From Narcine bancroftii (Eukaryota), in NCBI RefSeq assembly GCF_036971445.1, contig NC_091470.1, positions 142,476,001-142,540,000 on the forward strand: 64,000 bases of DNA, given 5' to 3'. Positions 36,518 through 48,121 of the stretch are shown here, piece after piece. Below the pieces are notes generated by a model, which worked only from the letters and a program-made list of their open reading frames with translations, ran no database searches and had not been told where the DNA came from. How positions within the stretch are numbered: the stretch's first letter is position 1; every line of letters starts with the position of its first letter. Made by a program: the position numbers and the translations under genes.

Positions 36518-37474
36518 AAAAATCTATGAAACCTTGTCTTAAATATATTTACTGAGGTCGCCTCCATTGCTTCAATGGGTAGCGAGTTCCATCGATTCAC
36601 CACCCTCTGGGAAAAGCAGTTCCTCCTCATCTCCCTCCTAAATCTACTATCTGAATCTTGAGGCTCTGTCCCCTAGTTCTGGTCCTCCCCACCAATGGAA
36701 ACAACTTGCCTACCTCCATTACTTGATTCCATCATCTCCTCTGGCAGATCCAGATTTCAACCACTATAAAAAAAAACCATTCTCTTATCCCCACTAAACC
36801 ATCTCACCTAAACTGATGCCCTGTGTTTTTGATATTCTTACCTCAGGAGAAAGATTTTGACTATCGACCTTGTTTCAGCCTTTCATAATCTTCTCTGCTT
36901 ATCTACCTCTTTCACTCCAGGGTGACCTGTCTAATCTCTTCCCATAACTAGAGTCTAAATGACGCATCATGGTGAATCTCCTCTGCACACCTTCCAGTCA
37001 ACAAAAGGTTGACAATCAAGTAAAAACAGTTAAATACATAGATTTCTGCTCTAATGTTATAATACCTTGCATGTCCAATTACCACCGTCCTGACTCCTGC
37101 CCCAGCCTCCATCTCTAACTCAGCTCCCCTCACCGCTTTCCCACTCTCCCAGTTCCTGCCCCTCGCAGCTTTCCCTCTCTTCCTTCACCACCTCCCTCTG
37201 CCTCCCATTCCCTTGGTACCTCTTCCTCTCTGCTTCCCCCCTCTTTATTCACCTTTACTGTTAGCTTGTCCTCTATCCCTGTGGGATTACCCAACACCCA
37301 CTCGCCCCAAACTCCAGGGGCTGGCTCGACTCCCTCCTTCCGTGTGAGGCCACTGCAGCTTGGTGCCCCTGCCGATGCACGCTCCCAGCGGCTGCACCCT
37401 CTGAAGCCTGCGGCCTAGCCCAGGGCCTTGGCTCCCTGCAACCTCCCCACCCAGCCCAGGTCAGGTGAACTTAC

Positions 37475-37616
37475 CTTCAGCAGCATGATATCATGATTGA
37501 ACGTCATGGGCTGGTAAAAGGGAAAGACAATCAGTTTCGCCACCCTGTAGTACTGCTCATTCCCATCAGACTTGGACAGGCTGTGTTCACCCAGAACAAC
37601 TGTGATGAGATATGGA
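37475..37616 (-). CDS. Serine protease A exon 3 (catalytic Asp)
   Basis: ttctag|TCCATAT...CTGAAG|gtaagt; PYLITVVLGEHSLSKSDGNEQYYRVAKLIVFPFYQPMTFNHDIMLLK. Confidence 0.93.
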
Positions 37617-37716
37617 CTAGAACACAAAACAATCTCACATCACACTTTGTACCAAGAGCCTCTTAAAGTTGACTTCACATTTTAAATGATGTAATTTAAG
37701 TTGGCAAGAAACCTAC

Positions 37717-37867
37717 GGTTTCACACAGTGAGCTGCAGAGAGGATCCAGGTCGGGTTAATTAAACTTCCGCTGCAGTAATGCACTGATCTTATCTGTAAG
37801 GAGGCTTGATATGGAAAAGAATGTGGGACAACCTCAGAACCTCCAATGATTCTGTCCTGGGCTAGAC
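37717..37867 (-). CDS. Serine protease A exon 2 (activation site, catalytic His)
   Basis: ttgccag|GTCTAGCC...AAACC|gtaggt; GLAQDR/IIGGSEVVPHSFPYQASLQIRSVHYCSGSLINPTWILSAAHCVK(P). Confidence 0.93.
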
Positions 37868-38197
37868 CTGGCAAAAGGAAATAGCGAGTATTTAAAAATG
37901 AACTGTGCTGGGCCCTGCCACACCAAGCCTTGACTTTCCCGCTTGCACCTGTTCTCGCATTGACTTTCCGTGACTCCAGCTCATGCCGTGTCTGCAAAGT
38001 GGAGTAAGTTGTGGATGGTTAACATCCATGATGGACCACTGACAGGCCACCCTGCCGTTCTACTCCGTTCCATTGTCACTGGCCTTGGAGACTGCGGTCA
38101 AACACGTCAACTATTTATTCCTGATATTTAAGTTAAAGTTTATTTGTCAAAAAAACTAGTAAAATGAGATAACCAACAGGTTATCTCAAACATTTTT

Positions 38198-38645
38198 TTG
38201 AATTTTGAATTTCTCCATCATTGTGTTTTTACCTCAATCGCGACTTTTGTGTTTTACTCCTGTCTACTTGCCAAACCCTCTGAAATCTCTTTGAGGGACG
38301 CCTACCCTGAAGAAGTCCTCCTTTGCTCTCCGAAGGGAGTTCTGTGGGATTTTCTCTCCCTGCTCCCCATCTGTAACCCTTGCTGTTCTCAAGCTCTACG
38401 ACTCTGTACTCACCCAGACTTGCTTCCACTGACCTCCTGCCTGCGGGCCTCCCCATGTCTCTCTCCCTCCACCATTTTATTCAGGCACCTGCCGACATTT
38501 TGATCACACCTTGATGAAGGGCTCAGGCCCAAAACGTTGGTGATGTATCTTTACTACATAAAGGACATGGTTTGACCTGCTGAATTTCTCCAGCATTATG
38601 TTTTTACTTCAATCACGGTGACTGGAGACTCTTGTGTTTTACTCT
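38198..38645 (+). mobile_element. Penelope-derived element
   Basis: ISLRDAYPEEVLLCS-type antisense relic plus the terminal ccttgatgaagggctcaggcccaaaacgttgg motif. Confidence 0.68.
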
Positions 38646-38704
38646 CTTTTGAAAGCAATGTATTTTTTTTAAACAAAATACCAGTTCAGCTGTGGCAAGT
38701 CAGA

Positions 38705-39445
38705 ATTTTTTTTCCAAACTATATTTATTGAATTCCAAAAAAAACTGTGCACATTTAACAGATGTACATTGTGCTCCTCTTTAACAGGAAAACCAATATA
38801 CATATACACAAATGTTCACACACACACACACACACACCTCCTCGGCACCTTTGTTGACAGTATCATCATTATAATTATCGATTGTACAGATCTCACAGTC
38901 TTTTAATCCGTAAGCACTCGTAATTCAGAAAAGTAACATGTAATGGGTTGCCATTTATGGACAAATTTTCTGGTGGACCCTTTTAATATGTATTTAATTT
39001 TCTCCGGTTTAATGAAGAAACTGATGACTTAATCCATTGTGTAATAGAAGGACTTCTGACAGACTTCCAATTTAACAAGATTAGATGCTTGGCTAATAGA
39101 GATGTAAATGCCATCGTGTCTTTCTGCAGGGAATTTAGGGAGTTGTCAGGGATTCCAAATAATGTAGTCAAAGGGCAGCATTGCAAATTGACTTGAAATA
39201 TTTCAGTTAATGTGCTAAAGACTCTGCTCCAGAATCCTTGTATGATGAAACATATGACTTCTGTGGCAAGGAGCGTCATTACATCTGCTGCATTTGTCCT
39301 CTATTTCAGGATAGATGGCAGCCAGTCTGGATTTAGAAAAATGAATCCTGTGCAGCTCCTCGAACTGAATGAGTCCCAGGTGAGCGCAGGAGGTGGGAGA
39401 ACAAATTATCTCAGGAGCCTCTTGCACAGTTTCTCCTCAATTTTC
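38705..39445 (-). mobile_element. L1-clade LINE 3' fragment
   Basis: LIQFEELHRIHFSKSRL...CSRC...HMF; poly-T and tttatt at the left end. Confidence 0.72.
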
Positions 39446-39589
39446 ATTTCTATCTTTTGCTCCCATTCTGGGCAAGTAGAAATCTTGATGCATAGGCACA
39501 TCGTACAATATAAATGACAATAAACTCATTATCCATATCATACGGTGGTGTAAAGATCCCCATTTACAGATTGTTGGATTACAATGAAA

Positions 39590-41040
39590 AGAAAGATCAG
39601 TTAGCACCAAGCCAGGGCAATGTGAGAGCACTGTTATGGGGTCATTCAGGAGCCTGATGGCTGTGGGGGAGAAACTGTCTTTAAACCTGTTGATGCATGA
39701 TTTCACACTCTGAAGCCTTCTCCCCAGAGAAGAGAGTGTGTGAGTCCTTCAGTGTTGGCTGCATTTCCTAGGCAGCGGAGTTGTAGATGGAGTCCGTGGA
39801 GGGGAGGGAGGTTTGCATGATGGTCTAACCTGTATTCACCACTTTCTGCAGCTTCTGATGATGAGCAGAGCAGCTCCCGCCCCACACTGGATTGCACCCA
39901 GCAAGTCTGCTCTCGACGGTGCCCCTGTAGAAGTTGTTGAGGAACGGGGGGGGGTCATGCCAAACTTTTTCATGGTCTGAGACATTAGAGGCATTGGTAT
40001 TGTGTCAAAATGTTTGACCCAGGTCAGGTCATTGGAGATATTTATTCAGAAAAACTTGAAGCTTTCTATTCTTTCAACCAGTGCTATTAATGTTGACTCT
40101 GCTCCCTCTCCTGAAGTCAGTGATCATTTTCATCTTATTGACATTGAGAGAGGGAGGTCGTTATCTGTGCACTAGGCCGCGAGACCTGTAATTATCTTCC
40201 TGTATTCCAATTTGACATCCACCCCACATCTACCATCAGGAAAGAATGCCGGTGAGTATCGGTGCCACAAGACTCACACCACCAGGTTCAGGAACAGCTG
40301 CTCCCCCTCCACCATCAGACTCCTCAACAACAAACTCAGACTCATTTGCACATTATTTATTACTGAACTTTTTTCTATATTGTTCAGTCAGTTTATTTAC
40401 ATTCCTTTGTTTACACTTCTCTCTTTGCATAAATATTTTTTCTAGAGTACATTTTTTTTGCACCACTGATAAGCAGAAATAATGCTTCATCCACAGGATA
40501 AAGAATCTTAGGGTTGTATGTGATGTCATGTATGTACTTTGAATCTGAACTTTGAACTGTGATGTCATCAATGAATTTGACAATGGAGTTTGAACAGCAT
40601 TTATAAGTAGGTGGAGTACAGTTGTGGACTGAGCTCACATCCTTGAGGATTGCCGGTGTTGAGTGCAAACGAGGAGGAGATATCGTTCCCCATCTTCACT
40701 AATTGTGGACTACTAGACTGGAAGTTGAGGATTCAGTGGCCAAGGGCGACTCTGAGGCCTAGATCCTGAAACCTGAGGATGAGCTTGCTAGCAACTATGG
40801 TACTGGAGGCAGAGCTGTCGTCTGTGAGCAGTCGTCTGACATTGGTGTCCTGATGTTCCAGGGCCAAGTGGAAAGTCAGGGAGATGGCATCTGCTATGGA
40901 TCTATTAAGCCAGTAGGAAAATTGTAGTGGGTCAAGGCTGGCTGTGAGGCTGCAGCTGATGTGAACTGTGACCAGTCTCTCATGATGTTAAAACCACTGG
41001 TTGGTAATTATTTAGGCCATTGTTATGCTTTTTTTTTAAC
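39590..41040. mobile_element. Cluster of nested Rex1/L2-like LINE fragments
   Basis: RFKDSFSPTAIRLLN, TTRFRNSCSPSTIRLLN, IVKFIDDIT motifs; a plus-strand 3' end (about 40210-40560) interrupts a minus-strand copy. Confidence 0.65.
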
Positions 41041-42191
41041 TCCAAGATGGTGGCCTTCTAATAAAGAGTTACCAAACATTTACAGGATAAAACTTGTAAA
41101 AATCTTATTGAAGTAATGACCAACCAAGCTTCTTTTCTTTACTAATTGTTTTAATTGAAAGTTAGTGACAGCATTGAATGAGGCTTGTGTTAGAGGTATT
41201 GGCCATGGTTGCTGTTAGATACAAGGGCCAAAGGACTTGCACCAGGCTGCGGACTGCTCAAGACTGGCTGAAGGGGGTAGCAGGTTTGAAACCAGGATCT
41301 GAGAGGGTGCTGAGGGCTTCCTGATTGTGTTGGAGGTTTGGAGCTGAAGCTCTGGGTTGCCAAAGGTTGAACTGGAATCTGTGCAGCTGCAGACACTGCC
41401 CGGGGGGGGGGGGGGGGGGGTGGTGTCTGGAGGCAAATCCATGGACACCCAGTGACTCTCTTTTGCTTCTCTTTCTCTGACTATAAGGTGCACTGGGCAA
41501 AATCTGCTGATGGTGAATCTTTGACTACCCACGGTAGACTAAATCCAATTTTGTATAATATTACACATCTGTTTTATTACATGACAATAAAAGTATCTGG
41601 AATCTTGAGCTGCCTTCCTCACAACCATAAGAGGGAATAAGTTTTGTTGACTGCAGTGTGAATGAGTGTCTAACTCATTACTAAGTCATGAAGGAAGCCA
41701 ACAATCAAAAGATAAAAATGATTTGGGTAAAACACTCATTGTACCGTACTGACAAAACACGACCAAGAGCAACATCTTATGACCATTCCTTTTTTAACTG
41801 TGCTTCTAGTAGCTCCCAAATACCCTATCCCCTTCCCCAGGTCTACATTTTTATTGATGTTACCTCACACTAACAATCCAGCACAAGTAGTTTCCTCTGT
41901 ACGTAATGTTAATTAATTAACGTGTGCACCCCCTTAACCGACAAAAGACCCAAAATCTTTTGTCCTTTTGAAATTATCAATGTAACATTACTGCCAAATG
42001 TAGAGCAGATCCAACATATTCATTTACACTATCATTGATAAATTTTCTGCTAACTTTGGGTAGAGCTGTTCATAACTAATAAAAATTAATAGGCAAAACT
42101 AAACAACAATTTTTTTATTAAAAAGATTAAAAAAAGCAAGTTCCAAAAAGCATTCTCATTTCAGTCACAGGTAAGTTGACCATCTCCTTAC

Positions 42192-42243
42192 CTTGTGCAA
42201 TACCCATTAATACCAGAACCTTCATGTACATAAGAGCTCCCAT
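42192..42243 (-). CDS. Trypsin-like S1A serine protease A, coding exon 1 (signal peptide)
   Basis: MGALMYMKVLVLMGIAQ+G, 52 nt, donor CAAG|gtaagg; phase 1 fits exon 2. In-frame downstream ATGs make the exact start uncertain. Confidence 0.7.
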
Positions 42244-43249
42244 TGTGTCGTCTCTGCAACAAACACAGAACAGAACCATTTAGACGCATACATCTGTAAC
42301 TTCCACTGTAGCTCCGCAGGTTCACCTGGAGGACACCTGAGGCACTGGCGAAACTGGGACTGAAACGGTAAATCATTTCAGCTTTGAAGACCTCCTCTTG
42401 CCCAGTGACTTGTTCTGGGAATAGGACATTTGCCTGACATTGGGGAAAATTTTGAGGAGAAGATCAAGCTGCTCAGCAAAAGATTACCAACTTCAACAGC
42501 GGTGTGAGCAGCAGGGAAAATTGGCATGCAAAAACATTAAGTAAAACTTGCATACCTGGTCCCTGCAGGGAACTTTAAAATTCTGATTTGTATTCAGTGG
42601 TGAACCATTAGGAGCCCTTCACATATGAGTGTTGTAGATCCCAACACGTCCCATCAAATAAAGCAAATGAACAACAAAGAGAGCAACTTGACTCATTCCA
42701 AGCCAGGCTTCTGTATTTCTGTTTGTGTCTACAACAGAACCATATTAATAATCTCCATGTAAATGAGTCTTCTATTTGCTAATGAGAAAGACGTACCTTA
42801 AGGAAAGGACGACGCTCTTACGCCCAACCACTGTTCACTCTTTGATCCGTCTTGATAGTAATCCTAATGTTAACACTGATAAGTTCAAACTTGCTTCCAT
42901 TTTATATGCCGGTAACATTAGACTGCAGCATTACAAGGGTAATCCTATTGTTCCTGCTCTGGACAGACCAGCCTGAGGGCTAAAGAAACTCAATTGCACC
43001 CTCATAAATGCACAACTTTCTGAACTAATTCTACAGTTACTTCCTTTATCATCAAATGGAAGGAGGGAAATGTAATTCAATTGTATTTTTCCTGAAAAAA
43101 AGTCGTATATAATAGGCTTGAAACATCCCTCTGCTTCCTCTTCGATAGATGGTCTTTGGAAAAGCAGCAACTGAGGTTAGAACGCTTAAATTTCCTTCCA
43201 AGTTTCCTTATGTCACAGGAGTTTGTGGAGGTTTGGTATGACATGGGAA

Positions 43250-44085
43250 ACCCCGGCAAACCTACAGATGTGTGGTGGAAAATGTGCTGACTGCCTGCAT
43301 CACAGTCTGGTGTGAGGGCACCAATGCTTCTGTGTGTAAAGCCCTGCAAAAGGTGGCGGTCATAGCCCAGGACATCACAGGCAAAACCCACCCCACCATC
43401 GAGAACAGCTACAGGGAACGCAGCAGAGCAGCAGCAATGATCAAGGATCCACATCACGCAGCACATGCTCTGTTCTCACTGCTACCATCAGGAAAGTGGT
43501 ATCGTGCCATAAGACTCGCACCACCAGGTTCAGGAACAGCTGCTACCCCTCCACCATCAGACTCTTCAACAACAAGCTCAATCAGGGACTCATTTAAGGA
43601 ATCTTACTTTGCACATAATTTATTGTTGAATTTTTTTACTGTATTGCACAGTTTGTTTACACTTCTTTCTTTAAATTTTAAATTTAAATTTAGACATAAG
43701 AGGCCATTTTGGCCCATGAGTCCATGCCGTCCAATTTTTACACCCTATTAACCTATCCCCCCAGTACGTTTTGAACGGTGGAAGGAAACCAGAGCCCCCA
43801 GGGAAAACCCATGCAGACACAGGAGAAAGTACAAACTCCTCAGAGACAGCACAGGATTCCATCCCTGGTCCCAATCACTGGTGCTGTAAAGATGTTGCGC
43901 TAACCGCTACACCAACTGTGTCACCTTGTTTACATTTCTCTCTTTTGTATACACATCTTTTCTTGAGTGCACTATTTACACTACCGATAAGCAGAAATTC
44001 TGCCAGGCCGCAGGGTAAAGAATCTCAGGATTGTATGTTATGTCGTGTATGTACTTTGACAATAAATCTCTACTTTGAACTTTGA
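43250..44085 (+). mobile_element. Rex1/Babar-like LINE 3' fragment containing a nested minus-strand SINE (43673-43925)
   Basis: VENVLTACITVW...KALQKV...IKDPHH..HALFSLLPSG; the SINE is flanked by a ~20-bp duplication (43653-43672 and 43926-43945). Confidence 0.78.
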
Positions 44086-45885
44086 ATGTATGGAAAAGGA
44101 ACAAAGTACCTTGTGCCCAGCAGATGCCATCTTTGTGGTTGATCCATTGACAGCAATAGCCTGTGTTGGCATCTTCCTCGAGACAGTGGGAGGTAGGATG
44201 AAGGGAAGTGTGCATGATGTTCTGAGCTGCATTCACCATGGGTCACTGTAATGCATCCAGTGGGTATGATTTCCAGGGTGTCTCTGTAGATGTGGCATCA
44301 GGATCAGCTCTAAAACCATGCTAATAGATGCTAAAACATGAATTGTTCTATCTTTTCTGGGTGAACGGCAAGGAGAACAGAATCAGAGAAAACAGATAGA
44401 GGAGAAGGCCATTCAGCCCTTCAAGCAAATACCACCATTCAATGCAATCATGGCTGATCATGTGATTATCCTATTACTACTTTCTTTCCCCACCCCTTGA
44501 TCCCTTTAGTCTATGAGGCCACATCCATCTCCTCTTTGAATAAATTCATCAAACTGGCCTCAGCAACTCTCTGCAGCAGTAGGTTCCACAAGTTCACAAC
44601 TGGCTGAGTGAAGACGTTTCTCCTCTTCTCAGTCCTCAATGGCTTACCCCCATATATTCTGGACTTCCGAACATCAGGAACATTCTTCCTGCATTGAATC
44701 TGTGTTATTCTGACAGAGTTTTAAATGCTTCAATGAGATCCCTTCTCATTTTTCTAAACCCCAGTGAGCATCACACTGGTCTGTGCAGTCTCTCTTCATC
44801 CATCAGTCCTGCCATCCCAGGGATCAGTTTACTGAGTCTTCGCCGCATCCCCTCAATGGTAAGAACATCCTCAGATTAAGAAATCAAAATGGTTCACTGT
44901 ACTCAAGGTGTGACCTCACCAAGACCCCATACAGCGTCAGCCAGACCTCTCTGCTTCTATATTCAAAACCTCTCACAATAAATCCCAATGTGCCATTTGC
45001 TTTCTTCAATACCTGCTGTACCTGCAGTCCAACCTTCACTGTGACCCCCCCCCCCCCCACTTTTTCCTAATTTCTCATGATATTGCCAACAAAGTGGATC
45101 TGCCGTGCACATCCACTCTCCCAATCTGTCCAAGAACCACAAGGGAAGGGTGAGACTGAGGGGGAAGGCCCCTCAAGAATAGGGTGTGGGCAAGATCGAA
45201 TGTGCATGTCTCTGAGTGGTGAGAGTGGATCTGTGTGAGATCAGTTACCAGAAGGATGTTGTACTAGTGTGGGTAGCAAAGCAATTAGTACAAATGCATT
45301 AAATCAGGAATGTTTATCACATGCTTTGGACTGGAAGGAAATCTAAACTGCTTTCACTCCAACACCTGCATCAAGACAATATTGTACTCTAAATTTTCTG
45401 CCAGGAACATCATGGGCATCAGTCTCCACTCCATTGAGGACATCTCCAAGATGCAATGTCTCACAAAGACACCAACCACCCAGACCATGCTCTCTTCACT
45501 CTGCCTCCATCAGAAAGGAAGTACAGGAGCCTGAAGAACCCACTGCCATAAGGACAGCTTCCTCCCCTCTGCGATCAGCTTTCTGAACAGACAATGAACC
45601 ACAGACGTTGCCTCACTTTCTCCTATTTTGCACTGATCCTTTCTATAAATATAATTGATAACAATATTTGCTGCTGCAAAGCAACGAATTTCATGACTTG
45701 TTCATGACAATAAATTCCAATTCTGATTCTTCATTGTGACTTCCAGAGTTAGACTAAGGCCTGCAGTTCAGGTAAAAAAAAGCAAGTCACCTATGGTTAA
45801 GTGTCTCTGTTGCTTTGAAGTTAGTTTTTCTTGTGGACTTTTCCCTTGTGTTTTGAGCCCTTGGTTGGAATGTGATGTGGATTTA

Positions 45886-46397
45886 CAGGTGCTCCCCTAC
45901 TTACGATAGTCCGACATGATTTTTCAAAGTTTCAACGTTTCAAATCCGTACTTTCAATTTCGAATTCCAATCTGTTCCCGTGCTTGCGATATGCGGTATG
46001 CTACTCTCTTGCAATGTAACTCAGCCATGCTTGCAGTTTCTGTAGCGATCACGCAAATAAGTTCACTGTAAACAGCCCATCACGTCTACTAAACAAGTGT
46101 TGAGGATGCAGTGTGTTCTACACGTTGTTCTCAAGCATCATCAGAAGAGAATGAAATTGATGATCCTGTCACCTTCGCATCCCCACCATCTAGCAATTAA
46201 TTTTAGTTCAATGCTTCAAATATTCTTCATGCCCAGTGTGCTTTCAGCTGTGTATTTTAATGGTTTTTTCAGCATTGATTAAAGGTATTCAAGATTTTAT
46301 TATAAAAAAAATGGTAGGTGCCATATCTTTTTCGACTCAATTTTTCCAACTTAGAATGGGTTGCCGGAACACAACCCGATTGTAAGTCGAGCACCTG
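45886..46397. mobile_element. Tigger/Tc1-mariner-like non-autonomous DNA transposon
   Basis: ta|caggtgctcccctacttacga ... ttgtaagtcgagcacctg terminal inverted repeats. Confidence 0.6.
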
Positions 46398-47029
46398 AAC
46401 ACACTCAGTGTAAGTCTGACTGAGTGAGAGTGGGAGGAAGTCTTCAACTGGACTCTGAGGAACAGATTTTATTTCATTTGTGTTGCAGTAGTATTTTTGG
46501 CTCAGGTAAAAGTTTTGCATTTCACGTCTTTTCAAGCAACTTTCCTATGCAAAATTTTTATAAAGTTTATTTATTTCGTAACAGCAGATGGGTATGATCC
46601 AAAGGCAGATCTCTTCTTAATGTAGCTTCATCCTTCTAAAACAATTACTACAAATAAATGCTTGCACGCAGCCTGCAGGAGGTTTACACTCCTGGACTTT
46701 GCAAAGTTTAAAAGTGCTTCCCCTGACGCGAAACATTTGGCACTCAGAAATAAATGGATTGCTGCCAAATTGAATATGTTGATGGGGAATTAAACATGAT
46801 CACTTTCACCTCAGACAGGGACGTGCAGCTACATTTAATCCACGTTGTTAATGCTTTATTGCAGTTTTACCGATTCTCGTTTAAAGCCAATTACAATATC
46901 TTATGTTACAAAGGGAAGCTACTTGAGAAAACTCAGTAACTGGATAAAGAACCCTTGACTTGCATTGATTTCCTTGTAGGATCAGCAGTGCTTGTTAGTT
47001 ATCCAGCCCTGCTTCTCCCTGAACACAAA

Positions 47030-47081
47030 ATGAATGTCTCCAATGTTTACATTCTGCTGTTCTTCTTACCATCAGTGTTCG
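47030..47081 (+). CDS. Trypsin-like S1A serine protease B, coding exon 1 (signal peptide)
   Basis: aaaATG, MNVSNVYILLFFLPSVF+G (hydrophobic), 52 nt, donor TTCG|gtgagt, phase 1. Confidence 0.82.
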
Positions 47082-47739
47082 GTGAGTGCTTCCTTACAAA
47101 CTTTGACTTTTCATAATGTGTTACAGATGTATATGTGTCTTGATTGCTGTACTGCAGTTCACTTTAATCAAGAGAGAAATTTAAATTTAGACAAACATTA
47201 CAGTGACAGGCCCTACTGGCCCACAACCCTGTGCCGTCCAAATACATCCAATTAACCTACAAAGCCCATACGTTTTGGAGGGTGGGAGTAAACCGGAGCA
47301 CCCAGAGGAAATCCACACTGACACAGGGAGAATGCAGTGTATATACACATTACAGACAGTGCTGGATTTCTTTAACGGAAAAGAAATGCATTAACTTCTT
47401 TTACATTTTTGTAACATTGTTGATTGAAATTTTAAATGTTTGATGTCATGTGAAGAAATCTAAGTAGGTTACCATATACACCAGATGATCAGTTATTGTT
47501 TACTTTTCACAGAGCAAATCATTTTGATCAGATACAGATAATTGCTATACATTGTACAAATGTATGTAACAATAAATGTCATCCCAATTAAGTTTTGATA
47601 CTCACTTGGAATAATGAACAATACAATATATTCTACAGCTGCACAGATCTTTTGAATGGTGGCTGCGCTGTGATCAGTTGGCTTACTGAGTTTTGTAAGA
47701 ATACCAACTGGGATAACTTGGAGTTTGTTTCAACTCCAG

Positions 47740-47887
47740 GGCAGTCGCGTATTGTTGGGGGATTCTCAGTGTTGCCGCATTCCATCAGATACCAGGTATC
47801 ACTGAAGAGAGCGGGAGGAATTCATTATTGTGCAGGCTCTTTGATCCACCGAAGATGGGTTCTGACAGCTGCCCACTGCAGAGCTGG
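47740..47887 (+). CDS. Serine protease B exon 2 (activation site, catalytic His)
   Basis: ctccag|GGCAGTCG...GCTGG|gtttgt; [49 protein letters not shown](G). Confidence 0.93.
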
Positions 47888-47976
47888 GTTTGTAGAATTC
47901 TGCATTAAACATCTTCCGACCTCAGTAATGAAGAGGTGACGTTCATACATAGCTCTGTGTTCCTGCTTTGTTACAG

Positions 47977-48121
47977 AGGTGCTGATTCTGTGCAAATAAT
48001 TGCTGGAGAACACTCATTAACCAGATACGAAGGAACTGAACAAATGTTTGGCCCATCTCAGATGATTCGCCATCCTCGATATGACCCGGACAGCAAAGAT
48101 TCTGACATTATGCTGATTAAG
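47977..48121 (+). CDS. Serine protease B exon 3 (catalytic Asp)
   Basis: ttacag|AGGTGCT...ATTAAG|gtaaac; GADSVQIIAGEHSLTRYEGTEQMFGPSQMIRHPRYDPDSKDSDIMLIK. Confidence 0.93.
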
